The position numbers and the translations under genes were made by a program. The notes beneath the pieces were generated by a model. That model was not told the origin of the DNA, did no database searches, and was given only the letters and a program-made list of their open reading frames with translations. 64,000 nt of DNA from the NCBI RefSeq assembly GCF_054482595.1, contig NZ_CM137008.1. One strand, 5' to 3'. This document shows positions 1 through 15,081 of the stretch, piece by piece; position 1 is the stretch's first letter, and each line of letters starts with the position of its first letter.

Positions 1-645
1 AGTCCCTCCGATGATAGTTTTCGTCTGACCATCAAAGTGCGGCAATTAAGCGAAGGATTTCGTGACGAACAGTGGATTTCTGCACTGGCGGCCCCACTGC
101 TGGGCGATCTGTTGCGCGAAGTGGTATGGCCGACAGATGTGTCCACGCTGGATGTTGATGCAATGGTGGTACGCGAAACCACCCACCGTTTCAGCCGCTT
201 ATCCTTTCACCGGGCAATGGTCGGGCGACGTTTGCCGCTTCTGAAAACCGCCTCGGGCCTGACCTGGCTGGCCTTTTGCCCGGAACAAGAACGCAAGGAA
301 TTAATCGAAATGTTAGCCTCCCGCCCCGGTGATGACTATCAACTGGCACGAGAACCGTTAAAGCTGCAAGCCATTCTGGCGCGCGCGCGCAAAGAGGGTT
401 ACGGACAGAACTACCGCGGCTGGGATCAGGAGGAGAAGATCGCCTCTATCGCCGTACCGCTGCGCAGTGAACAACGGGTGATTGGCTGTTTGAATCTGGT
501 GTATATGGCGAGCGCAATGACCATCGAACAGGCAGCGGAAAAGCATCTTCCGGCACTACAACGGGTAGCAAAACAGATCGAAGAAGGGGTTGAATCGCAG
601 GCTATTCTGGTGGCCGGACGGCGAAGCGGCGTGCATTTACGCTAG
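1..645 (+). CDS. mhpR: IclR-family transcriptional regulator, C-terminal part (gene starts before the window); position and sequence consistent with MhpR
   Basis: ORF 37..645 in frame from the window edge; IclR-type effector-domain C-terminus; lies immediately upstream of the lacI region as mhpR does in E. coli. Confidence 0.6.
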   Translation, partial: SPSDDSFRLTIKVRQLSEGFRDEQWISALAAPLLGDLLREVVWPTDVSTLDVDAMVVRETTHRFSRLSFHRAMVGRRLPLLKTASGLTWLAFCPEQERKELIEMLASRPGDDYQLAREPLKLQAILARARKEGYGQNYRGWDQEEKIASIAVPLRSEQRVIGCLNLVYMASAMTIEQAAEKHLPALQRVAKQIEEGVESQAILVAGRRSGVHLR

Positions 646-759
646 TTACGCCAATGTGTAATTTGGCCCATTCTCATCGTTATTCGCCCATTTGCCCACA
701 TGCACAGTACGGGCTGCACGCTACGCTAATGACATCAATACTGTGATGTGGAGCAAATC

Positions 760-1536
760 ATGAAAATTACGCAAATTCGTAATGCCACCCAAATTATCCA
801 ATACGCTGGCAAAACATTTCTTATCGACCCGTTACTCGCGCCTAAAGGAAGTTATCCGGGTTTTGCCGGAACGGCACGCGCAGAAATCCGCAATCCAACG
901 GTAGAATTACCGTGCGATTTAACAACGTTACTCAACGTTGACGCCCTAATCGTGACTCATTTACATGAAGATCACTGGGACGAAACAGCCTCCCGCGTCG
1001 TCCCTAAAGATAAACTGATTTATGTGCAAAATGAGCAAGATGCTGAATCACTGCATAAACAAGGATTTACACATCTTACCGTACTTACCGATGAGACTAA
1101 ATTTGGCGATATTACTCTGCATAAAACGACAGGGCAGCACGGCTCCGATCGCACCTATGCCGACCCGGCGATGGCGAAGCGTTTAGGCGCAGCCTGCGGC
1201 GTTGTTTTCCAGCACCCGACAGAGAAAACGCTCTATCTGGCTGGCGATACCCTCTGGCGTGACGACGTCGAGGCTACAATGCTAACTTTCCAACCAGAAG
1301 TGGTTGTGTTGAATGCCGGATTTGCGCATGTTCTGGGGCATGGCGCGATAATTATGGGAGCAGAAGATATTCTCAAAACACATTTTACCCTGCCAGAAGC
1401 GCAAATTGTCGCGACACATATGGAGGCCGTAAACCACTGTTTGCTGACGCGTGATGCGCTCAAGGAATACGCCAGAGATAATCAAATTATCGAATTTGTG
1501 AACGTACCAGAAGATGGTGAAACGTTGACATTCTAA
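760..1536 (+). CDS. Metallo-beta-lactamase-fold hydrolase (HxHxDH motif)
   Basis: ORF 748..1536 with likely ATG at 760 after GGAG; translation contains THLHEDHWD metal-binding motif typical of MBL-fold proteins. Confidence 0.7.
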   Translation: MKITQIRNATQIIQYAGKTFLIDPLLAPKGSYPGFAGTARAEIRNPTVELPCDLTTLLNVDALIVTHLHEDHWDETASRVVPKDKLIYVQNEQDAESLHKQGFTHLTVLTDETKFGDITLHKTTGQHGSDRTYADPAMAKRLGAACGVVFQHPTEKTLYLAGDTLWRDDVEATMLTFQPEVVVLNAGFAHVLGHGAIIMGAEDILKTHFTLPEAQIVATHMEAVNHCLLTRDALKEYARDNQIIEFVNVPEDGETLTF

Positions 1537-1555
1537 TTCGGAGATAAAGAGTGTT

Positions 1556-2509
1556 ATGCGCCCGCTAACTGTTGCCATTATCGCCGTTGCCGGTTTTAGT
1601 CCTTTTCACCTTTCCGTACCGTTTATCGTATTTAGCGAAAAAATGGCGGAGAAAAAACACTTTCACGTAATTATCTGCGCTGAAAAGCCGGGAAACGTGG
1701 ACTCTGCCGATGGGTTTTCCGTAACCGCCACCCATGACTATACCGCAGTCATCCAGGCGGATATTGTGATAATTCCTTACTGGGGAACCATTACACAAAA
1801 ACCGCCACAAAAACTGCTGGAAGCCTTAACGACCGCACGGGATAACGGCGCACAGATTGTCGGGCTTTGCCTGGGCACGTTTGTGCTCGGCTATGCAGGT
1901 TTACTGAAAAATAAGCGTGCCGCCACGCACTGGGAGTTCGAGCGTGAATTTCAGGCACGTTTTCCACAAACACATCTGGATATTAACGCGTTGTACGTAG
2001 ACGATGACGGCATTATTACCTCTGCCGGTACTGCCGCGGCGCTGGATTGCTGTTTGTATATTGTTCGGCAACATTTTGGCAGCGACTATGCTAACCATAT
2101 TGCCCGACGGATGGTCGTACCGCCATATCGCACTGGCGGTCAGGCGCAGTTTATTGAGCAACCAGTGCCGAAAAATACCCATGATGAACGCATTAATCTC
2201 CTGCTGGATTACCTGCGGCAAAACATTGCGCAACAGCATGATCTCGACTCGCTGGCGCAGCGAGTAATGATGAGTCGCCGCACATTAACTCGCCATTTTA
2301 TGAAAGCGACCGGTTCGAGTATCGCCGAATGGCTTATTACTGAACGCTTACGCCGTAGCCAGGAACTGTTGGGATCCAGTCAATTGCCCGTTGAGCGGAT
2401 AGCAGCTGAGGTGGGTTTTCTCTCACCTGTGACCTGGCGTCAGCATTTTAAATCTCACTTCGGCGTCAGCCCCGCCGAATGGCGCAAAACCTTTCGCGGT
2501 ATGGCATGA
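1556..2509 (+). CDS. GlxA/FtrA-like transcriptional regulator: N-terminal DJ-1/PfpI (class I glutamine amidotransferase-like) domain + C-terminal AraC-type HTH
   Basis: 317-aa ORF, RBS GGAG upstream; GLCLGTF nucleophile-elbow-like motif in N-half, AraC-family HTH in C-half; 3' end overlaps the lacI promoter. Confidence 0.7.
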   Translation: MRPLTVAIIAVAGFSPFHLSVPFIVFSEKMAEKKHFHVIICAEKPGNVDSADGFSVTATHDYTAVIQADIVIIPYWGTITQKPPQKLLEALTTARDNGAQIVGLCLGTFVLGYAGLLKNKRAATHWEFEREFQARFPQTHLDINALYVDDDGIITSAGTAAALDCCLYIVRQHFGSDYANHIARRMVVPPYRTGGQAQFIEQPVPKNTHDERINLLLDYLRQNIAQQHDLDSLAQRVMMSRRTLTRHFMKATGSSIAEWLITERLRRSQELLGSSQLPVERIAAEVGFLSPVTWRQHFKSHFGVSPAEWRKTFRGMA

Positions 2510-2510
2510 T
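2482..2510 (+). promoter_or_regulatory. lacI promoter (-35 gcgcaa 2482-2487, 17-bp spacer, -10 catgat 2505-2510)
   Basis: Sequence cgaatggcgcaaaacctttcgcggtatggcatgatagcgcc is the well-known PlacI region; -35 is the wild-type gcgcaa (not the Iq gtgcaa). Confidence 0.7.
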
Positions 2511-2545
2511 AGCGCCCGGAAGAGAGTCAATTCAGGGTGGTGAAT

Positions 2546-3628
2546 GTGAAACCAGTAACGCTATACGATGTCGCAGAGTATGCCGGTGTCTCTTATCAGA
2601 CCGTTTCCCGCGTGGTGAATCAGGCCAGCCACGTTTCTGCGAAAACGCGGGAAAAAGTGGAAGCGGCGATGGCGGAGCTGAATTACATTCCCAACCGCGT
2701 GGCACAACAACTGGCGGGGAAACAGTCGTTGCTGATTGGCGTTGCCACCTCCAGTCTGGCCCTGCACGCGCCGTCGCAAATTGTCGCGGCGATTAAATCT
2801 CGCGCCGATCAACTGGGTGCCAGCGTGGTGGTGTCGATGGTAGAACGAAGCGGCGTCGAAGCCTGTAAAGCGGCGGTGCACAATCTTCTCGCGCAACGCG
2901 TCAGTGGGCTGATCATTAACTATCCGCTGGATGACCAGGATGCCATTGCTGTGGAAGCTGCCTGCGCTAATGTTCCGGCGTTATTTCTTGATGTCTCTGA
3001 CCAGACTCCCATCAACAGTATTATTTTCTCCCATGAAGACGGTACGCGACTGGGCGTGGAGCATCTGGTCGCATTGGGTCACCAGCAAATCGCGCTGTTA
3101 GCGGGCCCATTAAGTTCTGTCTCGGCGCGTCTGCGTCTGGCGGGCTGGCATAAATATCTCACTCGCAATCAAATTCAGCCGATAGCGGAACGGGAGGGCG
3201 ACTGGAGTGCCATGTCCGGTTTTCAACAAACCATGCAAATGCTAAATGAGGGCATCGTTCCCACTGCGATGCTGGTTGCCAACGATCAGATGGCGCTGGG
3301 CGCAATGCGCGCCATTACCGAGTCCGGGTTGCGCGTTGGTGCGGATATCTCGGTAGTGGGATACGACGATACCGAAGACAGCTCGTGTTATATCCCGCCG
3401 TTAACCACCATCAAACAGGATTTTCGCCTGCTGGGGCAAACCAGCGTGGACCGCTTGCTGCAACTCTCTCAGGGCCTGGCGGTGAAGGGCAATCAGCTTT
3501 TGCCCGTCTCTCTGGTGAAAAGAAAAACCACCCTGGCGCCCAAGACGCAAACCGCTTCTCCCCGCGCGTTGGCCGATTCATTAATGCAGCTGGCACGACA
3601 AGTTTCCCGACTGGAAAGCGGGCAGTGA
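2546..3628 (+). CDS. lacI: Lactose operon repressor LacI (360 aa, GTG start)
   Basis: Translation MKPVTLYDVAEYAGVSYQTVSRVVNQ... matches LacI; GTG start at 2546 as in E. coli. Confidence 0.97.
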   Translation: MKPVTLYDVAEYAGVSYQTVSRVVNQASHVSAKTREKVEAAMAELNYIPNRVAQQLAGKQSLLIGVATSSLALHAPSQIVAAIKSRADQLGASVVVSMVERSGVEACKAAVHNLLAQRVSGLIINYPLDDQDAIAVEAACANVPALFLDVSDQTPINSIIFSHEDGTRLGVEHLVALGHQQIALLAGPLSSVSARLRLAGWHKYLTRNQIQPIAEREGDWSAMSGFQQTMQMLNEGIVPTAMLVANDQMALGAMRAITESGLRVGADISVVGYDDTEDSSCYIPPLTTIKQDFRLLGQTSVDRLLQLSQGLAVKGNQLLPVSLVKRKTTLAPKTQTASPRALADSLMQLARQVSRLESGQ

Positions 3629-3641
3629 GCGCAACGCAATT
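3621..3641 (+). promoter_or_regulatory. lac auxiliary operator O3
   Basis: ggcagtgagcgcaacgcaatt overlapping the lacI stop codon. Confidence 0.7.
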
Positions 3642-3663
3642 AATGTGAGTCAGCTCACTCATT
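3642..3663 (+). promoter_or_regulatory. CAP (CRP) binding site of the lac promoter
   Basis: aatgtgagtcagctcactcatt; TGTGA...TCACT half-sites intact, one substitution (tcagc vs K-12 ttagc). Confidence 0.8.
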
Positions 3664-3676
3664 AGGCACCCCAGGC

Positions 3677-3706
3677 TTTACACTTTATGCGTCCGGCTCG
3701 TATGTT
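3677..3706 (+). promoter_or_regulatory. lac promoter Plac (-35 tttaca 3677-3682, 18-bp spacer, -10 tatgtt 3701-3706)
   Basis: ggctttacactttatgcgtccggctcgtatgttgtgtg, classical lacP architecture. Confidence 0.85.
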
Positions 3707-3712
3707 GTGTGA

Positions 3713-6825
<3,113 letters not shown>

Positions 6826-6831
6826 TAATAA

Positions 6832-8130
<1,299 letters not shown>

Positions 8131-8139
8131 GCAAACAAT

Positions 8140-8170
8140 GTCGGATGCGGCGCGAGCGCCTTATCCGACC
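8140..8170. repeat. REP (palindromic unit) in lacY-lacA intergenic region
   Basis: gtcggatgcggcgcgagcgccttatccgacc. Confidence 0.7.
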
Positions 8171-8195
8171 AACATATCAGGACGGAATGATCGCA

Positions 8196-8807
8196 ATGAA
8201 CATGCCAATGACCGAAAGAATAAAAGCAGGCAAGCTATTTACCGATATGTGCGAAGGCTTACCGGAAAAAAGACTTCGTGGGAAAACGTTAATGTATGAG
8301 TTTAATCACTCGCATCCATCAGAAGTTGAAAAAAGGGAAAGCCTGCTTAAAGAAATGTTTGCCACGGTAGGGGAAAACGCCTGGATAGAACCACCTGTCT
8401 ATTTCTCTTACGGTTCCAACATCCATATAGGCCGCAATTTTTATGCAAATTTCAATTTAACCATTGTCGACGACTACACGGTCACGATCGGTGATAACGT
8501 ATTGATTGCACCCAATGTTACTCTTTCCGTTACGGGACACCCTGTACACCATGAATTGAGAAAAAACGGTGAGATGTACTCTTTTCCGATAACGATTGGC
8601 AATAACGTCTGGATCGGAAGTCATGTGGTTATTAATCCAGGCGTCACCATCGGGGATAATTCTGTTATTGGCGCGGGTAGTGTCGTCATAAAAGACATTC
8701 CACCAAACGTCGTGGCTGCTGGCGTTCCTTGCCGGGTTATTCGCGAAATAAACGACCGGGATAAGCAATATTATTTCAGAGATTACAAAGTTGAATCGTC
8801 AGTTTAA
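8196..8807 (+). CDS. lacA: Galactoside O-acetyltransferase LacA (203 aa)
   Basis: MNMPMTERIKAGKLFTDMCEGLPEKRLRGKTLMYEFNHSHPSEVEKRESL..., hexapeptide-repeat acetyltransferase; ATG at 8196 chosen within ORF 8145..8807. Confidence 0.92.
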   Translation: MNMPMTERIKAGKLFTDMCEGLPEKRLRGKTLMYEFNHSHPSEVEKRESLLKEMFATVGENAWIEPPVYFSYGSNIHIGRNFYANFNLTIVDDYTVTIGDNVLIAPNVTLSVTGHPVHHELRKNGEMYSFPITIGNNVWIGSHVVINPGVTIGDNSVIGAGSVVIKDIPPNVVAAGVPCRVIREINDRDKQYYFRDYKVESSV

Positions 8808-8819
8808 ATTATAAAAATT

Positions 8820-8885
8820 GCCTGATGCGCTTCGCTTATCAGGCCTACAAGTTCAGTGATCTACATTAGCCGCATCCGGCATGAA
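8820..8885. repeat. REP pair downstream of lacA / cynX
   Basis: gcctgatgcgcttcgcttatcaggcctac ... gccgcatccggc. Confidence 0.65.
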
Positions 8886-8909
8886 CAAAGCGCAGGAACA
8901 AGCGTCGCA

Positions 8910-10064
8910 TTATGCCTCTTTGACCCACAGCTGCGGAAAACGTGCTGGTGCAAAACGCAGGGTTATGATCATCAGCCCAACGACGCACAGCGCATGAAAT
9001 GCCCAGTCCATCAGGTAATTGCCGCTGATACTACGCAGCACACCAGAAAACCACGGGGCAAGCCCGGCGATGATAAAACCGATCCCCTGCATAAACGCCA
9101 CCAGCTTGCCAGCAATAGCCGGTTGCGCAGAGTGATCGAGCGCCAGCAGCAAACAGAGCGGAAACGCGCCGCCCAGACCTAACCCACACACCATCGCCCA
9201 CAATACCGGCAATTGCAGCGGCAGCCAGATAAAGCCGCAGAAACCCACCAGTTGTAACGCCAGTGCCAACAGCAAAAGTTTGCGCCGATCCTGATGGCGA
9301 GCCATAGCAGGCATCAGCAAAGCTCCTGCGGCTTGCCCAAGCGTCATCAATGCCAGCAAGGAACCGCTGTACTGCGCGCTGGCACCAATCTCAATATAGA
9401 AGGCGGGTAACCAGGCAATCAGGCTGGCGTAACCACCGTTAATCAGACCGAAGTAAACACCCAGCGTCCACGCGCGAGGAGTGAAAACCACGCGAACCGG
9501 AGTGGTTGTTGTCTTGTGGGAAGAGGCGACCTCGCGGGTGCTTTGCCACCACCAGGCAAAGAGCGCAACAACGGCAGGCAGCGCCCACCAGGCGAGTGTT
9601 TGATACCAGGTTTCGCTATGTTGAACTAACCAGGGTGTCAGGGCGGCACCAAGCCCACCGCCGCCCATCAGAGCCGCGGACCACAGCCCCATCACCAGTG
9701 GCGTGCGCTGCTGAAACCGCCGTTTAATCACCGAAGGCATCACCGCCTGAATGATGCCGATCCCCACCCCACCGAGCAGTGCGCTGCTAAGCAGCAGCGC
9801 ACTTTGGGGGTAAAGCTCACGCATCAATGCACCGACGGCAATCAGTAACAAACTGATGGCGACGCTGCGACGTTCGCTGACATGCTGATGAAGCCAGCTT
9901 CCGGCCAGCGCCAGCCCGCCCATGGTAACCACCGGCAGAGCGGTCAACAGGGCAGCCACGCTAAAGCTCATTCCGCTTGCCTGGCGCAATTGCGGTAGCA
10001 GTGGCCCGACGGAGGTGAGCAGTGGTCGCATATTAAGACCAATCAGCACCAGAACCAGCAGCAT
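8910..10064 (-). CDS. cynX: Cyanate transporter CynX (MFS)
   Basis: Polytopic membrane protein downstream of cynS; start set at internal Met (MLLVLVLIGLNMRPLL...) to give the expected 384 aa. Confidence 0.85.
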   Translation of the reverse strand: MLLVLVLIGLNMRPLLTSVGPLLPQLRQASGMSFSVAALLTALPVVTMGGLALAGSWLHQHVSERRSVAISLLLIAVGALMRELYPQSALLLSSALLGGVGIGIIQAVMPSVIKRRFQQRTPLVMGLWSAALMGGGGLGAALTPWLVQHSETWYQTLAWWALPAVVALFAWWWQSTREVASSHKTTTTPVRVVFTPRAWTLGVYFGLINGGYASLIAWLPAFYIEIGASAQYSGSLLALMTLGQAAGALLMPAMARHQDRRKLLLLALALQLVGFCGFIWLPLQLPVLWAMVCGLGLGGAFPLCLLLALDHSAQPAIAGKLVAFMQGIGFIIAGLAPWFSGVLRSISGNYLMDWAFHALCVVGLMIITLRFAPARFPQLWVKEA

Positions 10065-10096
10065 CGTGAACGTCTTTTGATGGTTACGCATGGCTG

Positions 10097-10585
<489 letters not shown>

Positions 10586-10597
10586 TTAAAAATAAGG

Positions 10598-11257
10598 TTA
10601 CGCTGCGGTCGGTTGGCGTAGCGGTATGGCACAAACGCGAGGATTAGCGGCCAGTGGCACAAACTGGCGGGTTGCGCCGTCAAACGCTGCGATGCTGCCG
10701 CTTTCAATGTCGTAGACCCAGCCGTGCAGGGCGATCCGCCCCTCTTCGAGCGCCAGGCGCACCGATGGATGAGTTTGCAAATTAGACAACTGAGCAATGA
10801 CGTTTTCACGTACCATCGCCGCAGCTTTTGACGGTAAATCGGGATGCGGGCGCGCCTCATTAACGACGCGGGCTGAATCGGCATAACGCAGCCAGTGGGA
10901 GACGGCAGGCATATGGTCCATGCACTGACAGCTGGCAATGGCGGTCATTGCGCCACAGTTGGAATGACCGCAAATCACAATGTCAGATACCCGAAGCGCG
11001 GCGACGGCATACTCCACCGAAGCAGAAACGCCACCGGGTTCCGGCCCGTAGGAAGGGACGATATTGCCCGCATTGCGAATAACAAACAGATCGCCAGGCT
11101 CACGTTGCGTCACCAGCTCAGGGACCAGACGGCTGTCGGAGCAGGAGATAAAAAGTGTGCGCGGGCTTTGCTGTGTCGCCAGCTGTTTAAACAAGGCTTC
11201 CCGCTTCGGAAATGCCTCGCGCTGGAATTTAAGGAATCCATCAATAACCTCTTTCAC
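10598..11257 (-). CDS. cynT: Beta-class carbonic anhydrase CynT, 219 aa
   Basis: [49 protein letters not shown]... beta-CA signature CSDSR. Confidence 0.95.
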   Translation of the reverse strand: MKEVIDGFLKFQREAFPKREALFKQLATQQSPRTLFISCSDSRLVPELVTQREPGDLFVIRNAGNIVPSYGPEPGGVSASVEYAVAALRVSDIVICGHSNCGAMTAIASCQCMDHMPAVSHWLRYADSARVVNEARPHPDLPSKAAAMVRENVIAQLSNLQTHPSVRLALEEGRIALHGWVYDIESGSIAAFDGATRQFVPLAANPRVCAIPLRQPTAA

Positions 11258-11366
11258 CGTTAACCTCTGTCTGTCTCTGGAATGAGAGGCAGACTACTCG
11301 CCGATTGTCATAAGGTAAAAGTCTCATTTATGATGAGTTCTATTGGATTTACTTATAGGTTGGCGA

Positions 11367-12266
11367 ATGCTCTCTCGACATATCAATTATTTTCTTGCCG
11401 TGGCTGAACATGGCAGCTTCACCCGTGCCGCCAGTGCGTTGCACGTCTCCCAGCCTGCGCTTTCCCAGCAGATTCGCCAGTTAGAGGAGAGTTTAGGCGT
11501 GCCGCTGTTTGACCGTAGCGGGCGAACGATTCGTCTCACTGATGCAGGAGAAGTCTGGCGACAGTACGCCAGCCGGGCGTTACAGGAACTGGGAGCGGGT
11601 AAACGGGCGATTCATGATGTTGCCGATTTGACGAGAGGATCGCTGCGTATCGCCGTCACCCCCACCTTTACGAGCTACTTTATCGGCCCCTTAATGGCGG
11701 ATTTCTATGCGCGCTACCCCGGCATCACGCTCCAGCTACAGGAAATGTCGCAGGAGAAAATCGAAGATCTGCTTTGCCGCGACGAGTTGGACGTTGGGAT
11801 TGCCTTCGCGCCTGTGCATTCGCCGGAGCTGGAGGCAATTCCTTTACTGACAGAAAGTTTAGCGTTAGTCGTGGCGCAACATCATCCGCTGGCCGCCCAT
11901 GAACAGATGGCGTTGAGTCGCTTGCATGATGAAAAACTGGTCCTGCTCAGCGCGGAATTTGCCACCAGAGAGCAAATTGACCACTACTGCGAGAAAGCGG
12001 GGCTGCATCCACAGGTGGTAATTGAGGCGAACTCAATTAGCGCGGTTCTGGAGCTGATTCGCCGCACTTCCCTTTCCACATTGTTACCAGCAGCGATTGC
12101 CACACAACATGACGGGCTTAAAGCTATTTCTCTTGCCCCGCCACTACTGGAGAGAACGGCGGTTTTGTTGCGGCGGAAAAATAGCTGGCAGACAGCCGCC
12201 GCGAAGGCATTTTTGCACATGGCGTTGGAGGAATGCGCGGATGTTGGCGGGAATGAATCACGGTAG
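11367..12266 (+). CDS. cynR: LysR-family regulator of the cyn operon CynR (299 aa)
   Basis: Divergent from cynTSX; Lys[45 protein letters not shown]; start set at internal Met of ORF 11343..12266. Confidence 0.88.
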   Translation: MLSRHINYFLAVAEHGSFTRAASALHVSQPALSQQIRQLEESLGVPLFDRSGRTIRLTDAGEVWRQYASRALQELGAGKRAIHDVADLTRGSLRIAVTPTFTSYFIGPLMADFYARYPGITLQLQEMSQEKIEDLLCRDELDVGIAFAPVHSPELEAIPLLTESLALVVAQHHPLAAHEQMALSRLHDEKLVLLSAEFATREQIDHYCEKAGLHPQVVIEANSISAVLELIRRTSLSTLLPAAIATQHDGLKAISLAPPLLERTAVLLRRKNSWQTAAAKAFLHMALEECADVGGNESR

Positions 12267-12294
12267 CCGCTGACACAGGTCTGCGGCTGGAATT

Positions 12295-12357
12295 GCCTGA
12301 TGCGCTACGCTTATCAGGCCTACGAGTTCAGTGTAAGGCGTTCACGCCGCATCCGGC
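12295..12357. repeat. REP pair between cynR and codA
   Basis: gcctgatgcgctacgcttatcaggcctac ... gcgttcacgccgcatccggc. Confidence 0.7.
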
Positions 12358-12396
12358 ATAAACTACGCTCGCTTTGTCAACACACAGCCCAGCCGA

Positions 12397-13680
12397 TCAC
12401 CGTTTGTAATCGATGGCTTCTGGCTGCTCCAGATATACGGTGGTTTGTGCCGGTTGTGTGCTGGCGATCACCTTACCGCCACGTACAGAATAACGTACCG
12501 GAACCTGACGGCGCAGCGCATCAAATCCATTTTCAGCCGGCAGGATAATCAGGTTCGCGCTGTTTCCGGCGGCAATGCCGTAATCCTGCAAATTCAACGT
12601 CCTGGCGCTGTGGTGGGTGATTAAATTCAGGCCATCGTTAATCTGCCCATAGCCCATCAGCTGGCAAACATGCAGCCCCATATGCAGCACTTGCAGCATA
12701 TTCGCCGTTCCCAGCGGATACCACGGATCGAAGACATCATCGTGACCAAAGCAGACGTTAATGCCGGACTCCAGCATCTCTTTAACGCGCGTGATGCCGC
12801 GACGTTTTGGATACGTATCGAAACGTCCTTGCAGATGAATATTGACCAGCGGGTTGGCGACAAAGTTAATACCGGACATTTTCAGCAAGCGGAACAGGCG
12901 TGAGGTATACGCCCCGTTATAGGAGTGCATTGCCGTGGTGTGGCTGGCGGTGACTCGCGCGCCCATGCCTTCACGGTGCGCCAGGGCAGCAACGGTTTCG
13001 ACAAAGCGCGACTGCTCGTCATCGATCTCATCACAGTGAACGTCGATGAGACGGTCGTATTTTTGCGCCAGGGCGAAGGTTTTATGCAGCGACTCCACGC
13101 CGTATTCACGGGTAAATTCAAAATGCGGAATCGCCCCCACTACATCTGCCCCTAAGCGTAACGCCTCTTCCAGCAACGCTTCACCGTTGGGATACGACAA
13201 AATCCCTTCCTGAGGGAAGGCGACGATTTGCAGATCAATCCACGGCGCGACTTCCTGCTTCACTTCCAGCATTGCTTTCAGCGCAGTTAGCGTTGCATCC
13301 GAAACATCGACATGGGTACGCACATGCTGAATGCCGTTGGCAATCTGCCATTTCAGCGTTTGCCAGGCGCGTTGTTTCACATCGTCATGGGTTAATAACG
13401 CTTTGCGCTCGGCCCAGCGTTCAATGCCTTCAAACAGCGTGCCGGACTGATTCCAGTTCGGTTGTCCGGCGGTTTGCGTGGTGTCCAGGTGAATATGCGG
13501 CTCCACAAATGGCGGTATAACTAAACCTTGTTCGGCATCCAGGCTGTTTTCAGTTATGGGCATCACGCCGGATTGCGCATCAATGGCGCTGATTTTTCCG
13601 TCCTGCAGATGAATCTGCCACTGCCCCTCTTTGCCTGGTAACCGGGCGTTAATAATTGTTTGTAAAGCGTTATTCGACAC
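12397..13680 (-). CDS. codA: Cytosine deaminase CodA (427 aa, GTG start)
   Basis: [38 protein letters not shown]... amidohydrolase; start overlaps the codB stop. Confidence 0.92.
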   Translation of the reverse strand: MSNNALQTIINARLPGKEGQWQIHLQDGKISAIDAQSGVMPITENSLDAEQGLVIPPFVEPHIHLDTTQTAGQPNWNQSGTLFEGIERWAERKALLTHDDVKQRAWQTLKWQIANGIQHVRTHVDVSDATLTALKAMLEVKQEVAPWIDLQIVAFPQEGILSYPNGEALLEEALRLGADVVGAIPHFEFTREYGVESLHKTFALAQKYDRLIDVHCDEIDDEQSRFVETVAALAHREGMGARVTASHTTAMHSYNGAYTSRLFRLLKMSGINFVANPLVNIHLQGRFDTYPKRRGITRVKEMLESGINVCFGHDDVFDPWYPLGTANMLQVLHMGLHVCQLMGYGQINDGLNLITHHSARTLNLQDYGIAAGNSANLIILPAENGFDALRRQVPVRYSVRGGKVIASTQPAQTTVYLEQPEAIDYKR

Positions 13681-14929
13681 TGTTAGCCTCCACATGCGTC
13701 ATTGCTGCTGTCGTTTTACGATTCAAAATCGGGTTAAGGATCAGATAGCTCAGCGCGCCACCTAATACCGCGTTGACCGGAACAATTCCCGGTAACCAGT
13801 GGCCTGCAGCAATCCCCAAGGCGACCGCCAGAATCGCCACCCAATTGACACTCATCATACGCGTGGTCGCAAAGTGCTCATAGCGGCGACGGTTCATCAG
13901 ATAGTCGGCAATGATCACGCCACCCACTGGAGGAATAGCTGCCGAAAGGAAGGTCAACCAGCCGACAAAATTGTTATACAGCCATAATGCGCAGACCGTA
14001 CCGATAATACCGTTGATTACCGAAAGGGTTTTGCTCGACATCCCGGTAATGTTGGCGAAACCTAAACCCGACGCATAGAGCGCGTTATCGTTGGTGGTCC
14101 AGATATTTAGCCCCAGCACCACAATCGCAGGCAACAGCAGGCCCTGAGCAATCATCACATCAGAGATATCCGCCAACCCCAGTGCCGCCGCTCCCGCTGC
14201 ACCGAAAATAAACATCAACGAGTTGCCGAGGAAAAAGGCCACCATCGCCACCAGCACCGCCAGTTTGGCATTGCGACCAAACCGGACAAAGTCAGCGGTG
14301 AGCGTACCCGCACTGATAAATGACCCCACAACCAGCGCCAGCGCGACATTGAAATCTAACGGTTGTGCGGGAACGACCGCTTTTAATGCGTCCAGGCCGC
14401 CCATGCCGTTAACAGCCAGCCACACGGAATAACCACCAAGGCAGGCGATAGCCGGAACCGCAATCACCGAAAGAACCGTCAGCGCCGAAATGCCAAAGAA
14501 GACGGTGACGGTCATCAGTAAACCGGAAACGGCAATCAGCAAATTAATATCCAGCCCGGTTGCCTTGCCCACCGGAATGGCAAACATCGCCACACCGACG
14601 CCAAACCAGCCAACCTGGGTGCCGCCCAGCAGCAGTGAAGGCAGCCATGAGCCTTTAACACCAAACGAGAAGCGAGCAAGAAGATGGGTGGTCAGGCCGG
14701 TTTTTGCACCAATGTAACCGAGAAATGAAGTGTAAATACCGAGGAGAAGATTACCGATGAGAACTGCGAGGAAGAAATCATGATAGCTAAGACCGGTTCC
14801 GAGAGTGCCGCCGGTCCACATACTGGCGGAAAAGAAGGTTAATCCCAGCATGACGAACGTCAATGCCAATACCCCTTTCCGCGCCGACTGCGGGACTGGC
14901 CCCTGGCTAAAGTTGTTATCTTGCGACAC
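13670..14929 (-). CDS. codB: Cytosine permease CodB (NCS1 family, 419 aa)
   Basis: [41 protein letters not shown]..., 12-TM transporter directly upstream of codA. Confidence 0.93.
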   Translation of the reverse strand: MSQDNNFSQGPVPQSARKGVLALTFVMLGLTFFSASMWTGGTLGTGLSYHDFFLAVLIGNLLLGIYTSFLGYIGAKTGLTTHLLARFSFGVKGSWLPSLLLGGTQVGWFGVGVAMFAIPVGKATGLDINLLIAVSGLLMTVTVFFGISALTVLSVIAVPAIACLGGYSVWLAVNGMGGLDALKAVVPAQPLDFNVALALVVGSFISAGTLTADFVRFGRNAKLAVLVAMVAFFLGNSLMFIFGAAGAAALGLADISDVMIAQGLLLPAIVVLGLNIWTTNDNALYASGLGFANITGMSSKTLSVINGIIGTVCALWLYNNFVGWLTFLSAAIPPVGGVIIADYLMNRRRYEHFATTRMMSVNWVAILAVALGIAAGHWLPGIVPVNAVLGGALSYLILNPILNRKTTAAMTHVEANSVE

Positions 14930-15081
14930 GAAATTCCCCCTTTTTGCTGTTTGAAACCCAAAAAATCCGCCGCATTCTATTCATCTGAAGATAAAAAGCA
15001 ATCGTTTTCGTGGGGAAATATATTTTTTATATGAATGAGTGCAAAAAGGTGGGGGAAAAATTATCGGTGTAAAAACAGTGG

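Noticed and set aside
3385-3662. Overlapping ORFs (87 and 83 aa) at the end of lacI and across the lac control region
   Set aside because: They overlap the well-characterised lacI 3' end, O3, the CAP site and Plac; no support for coding.
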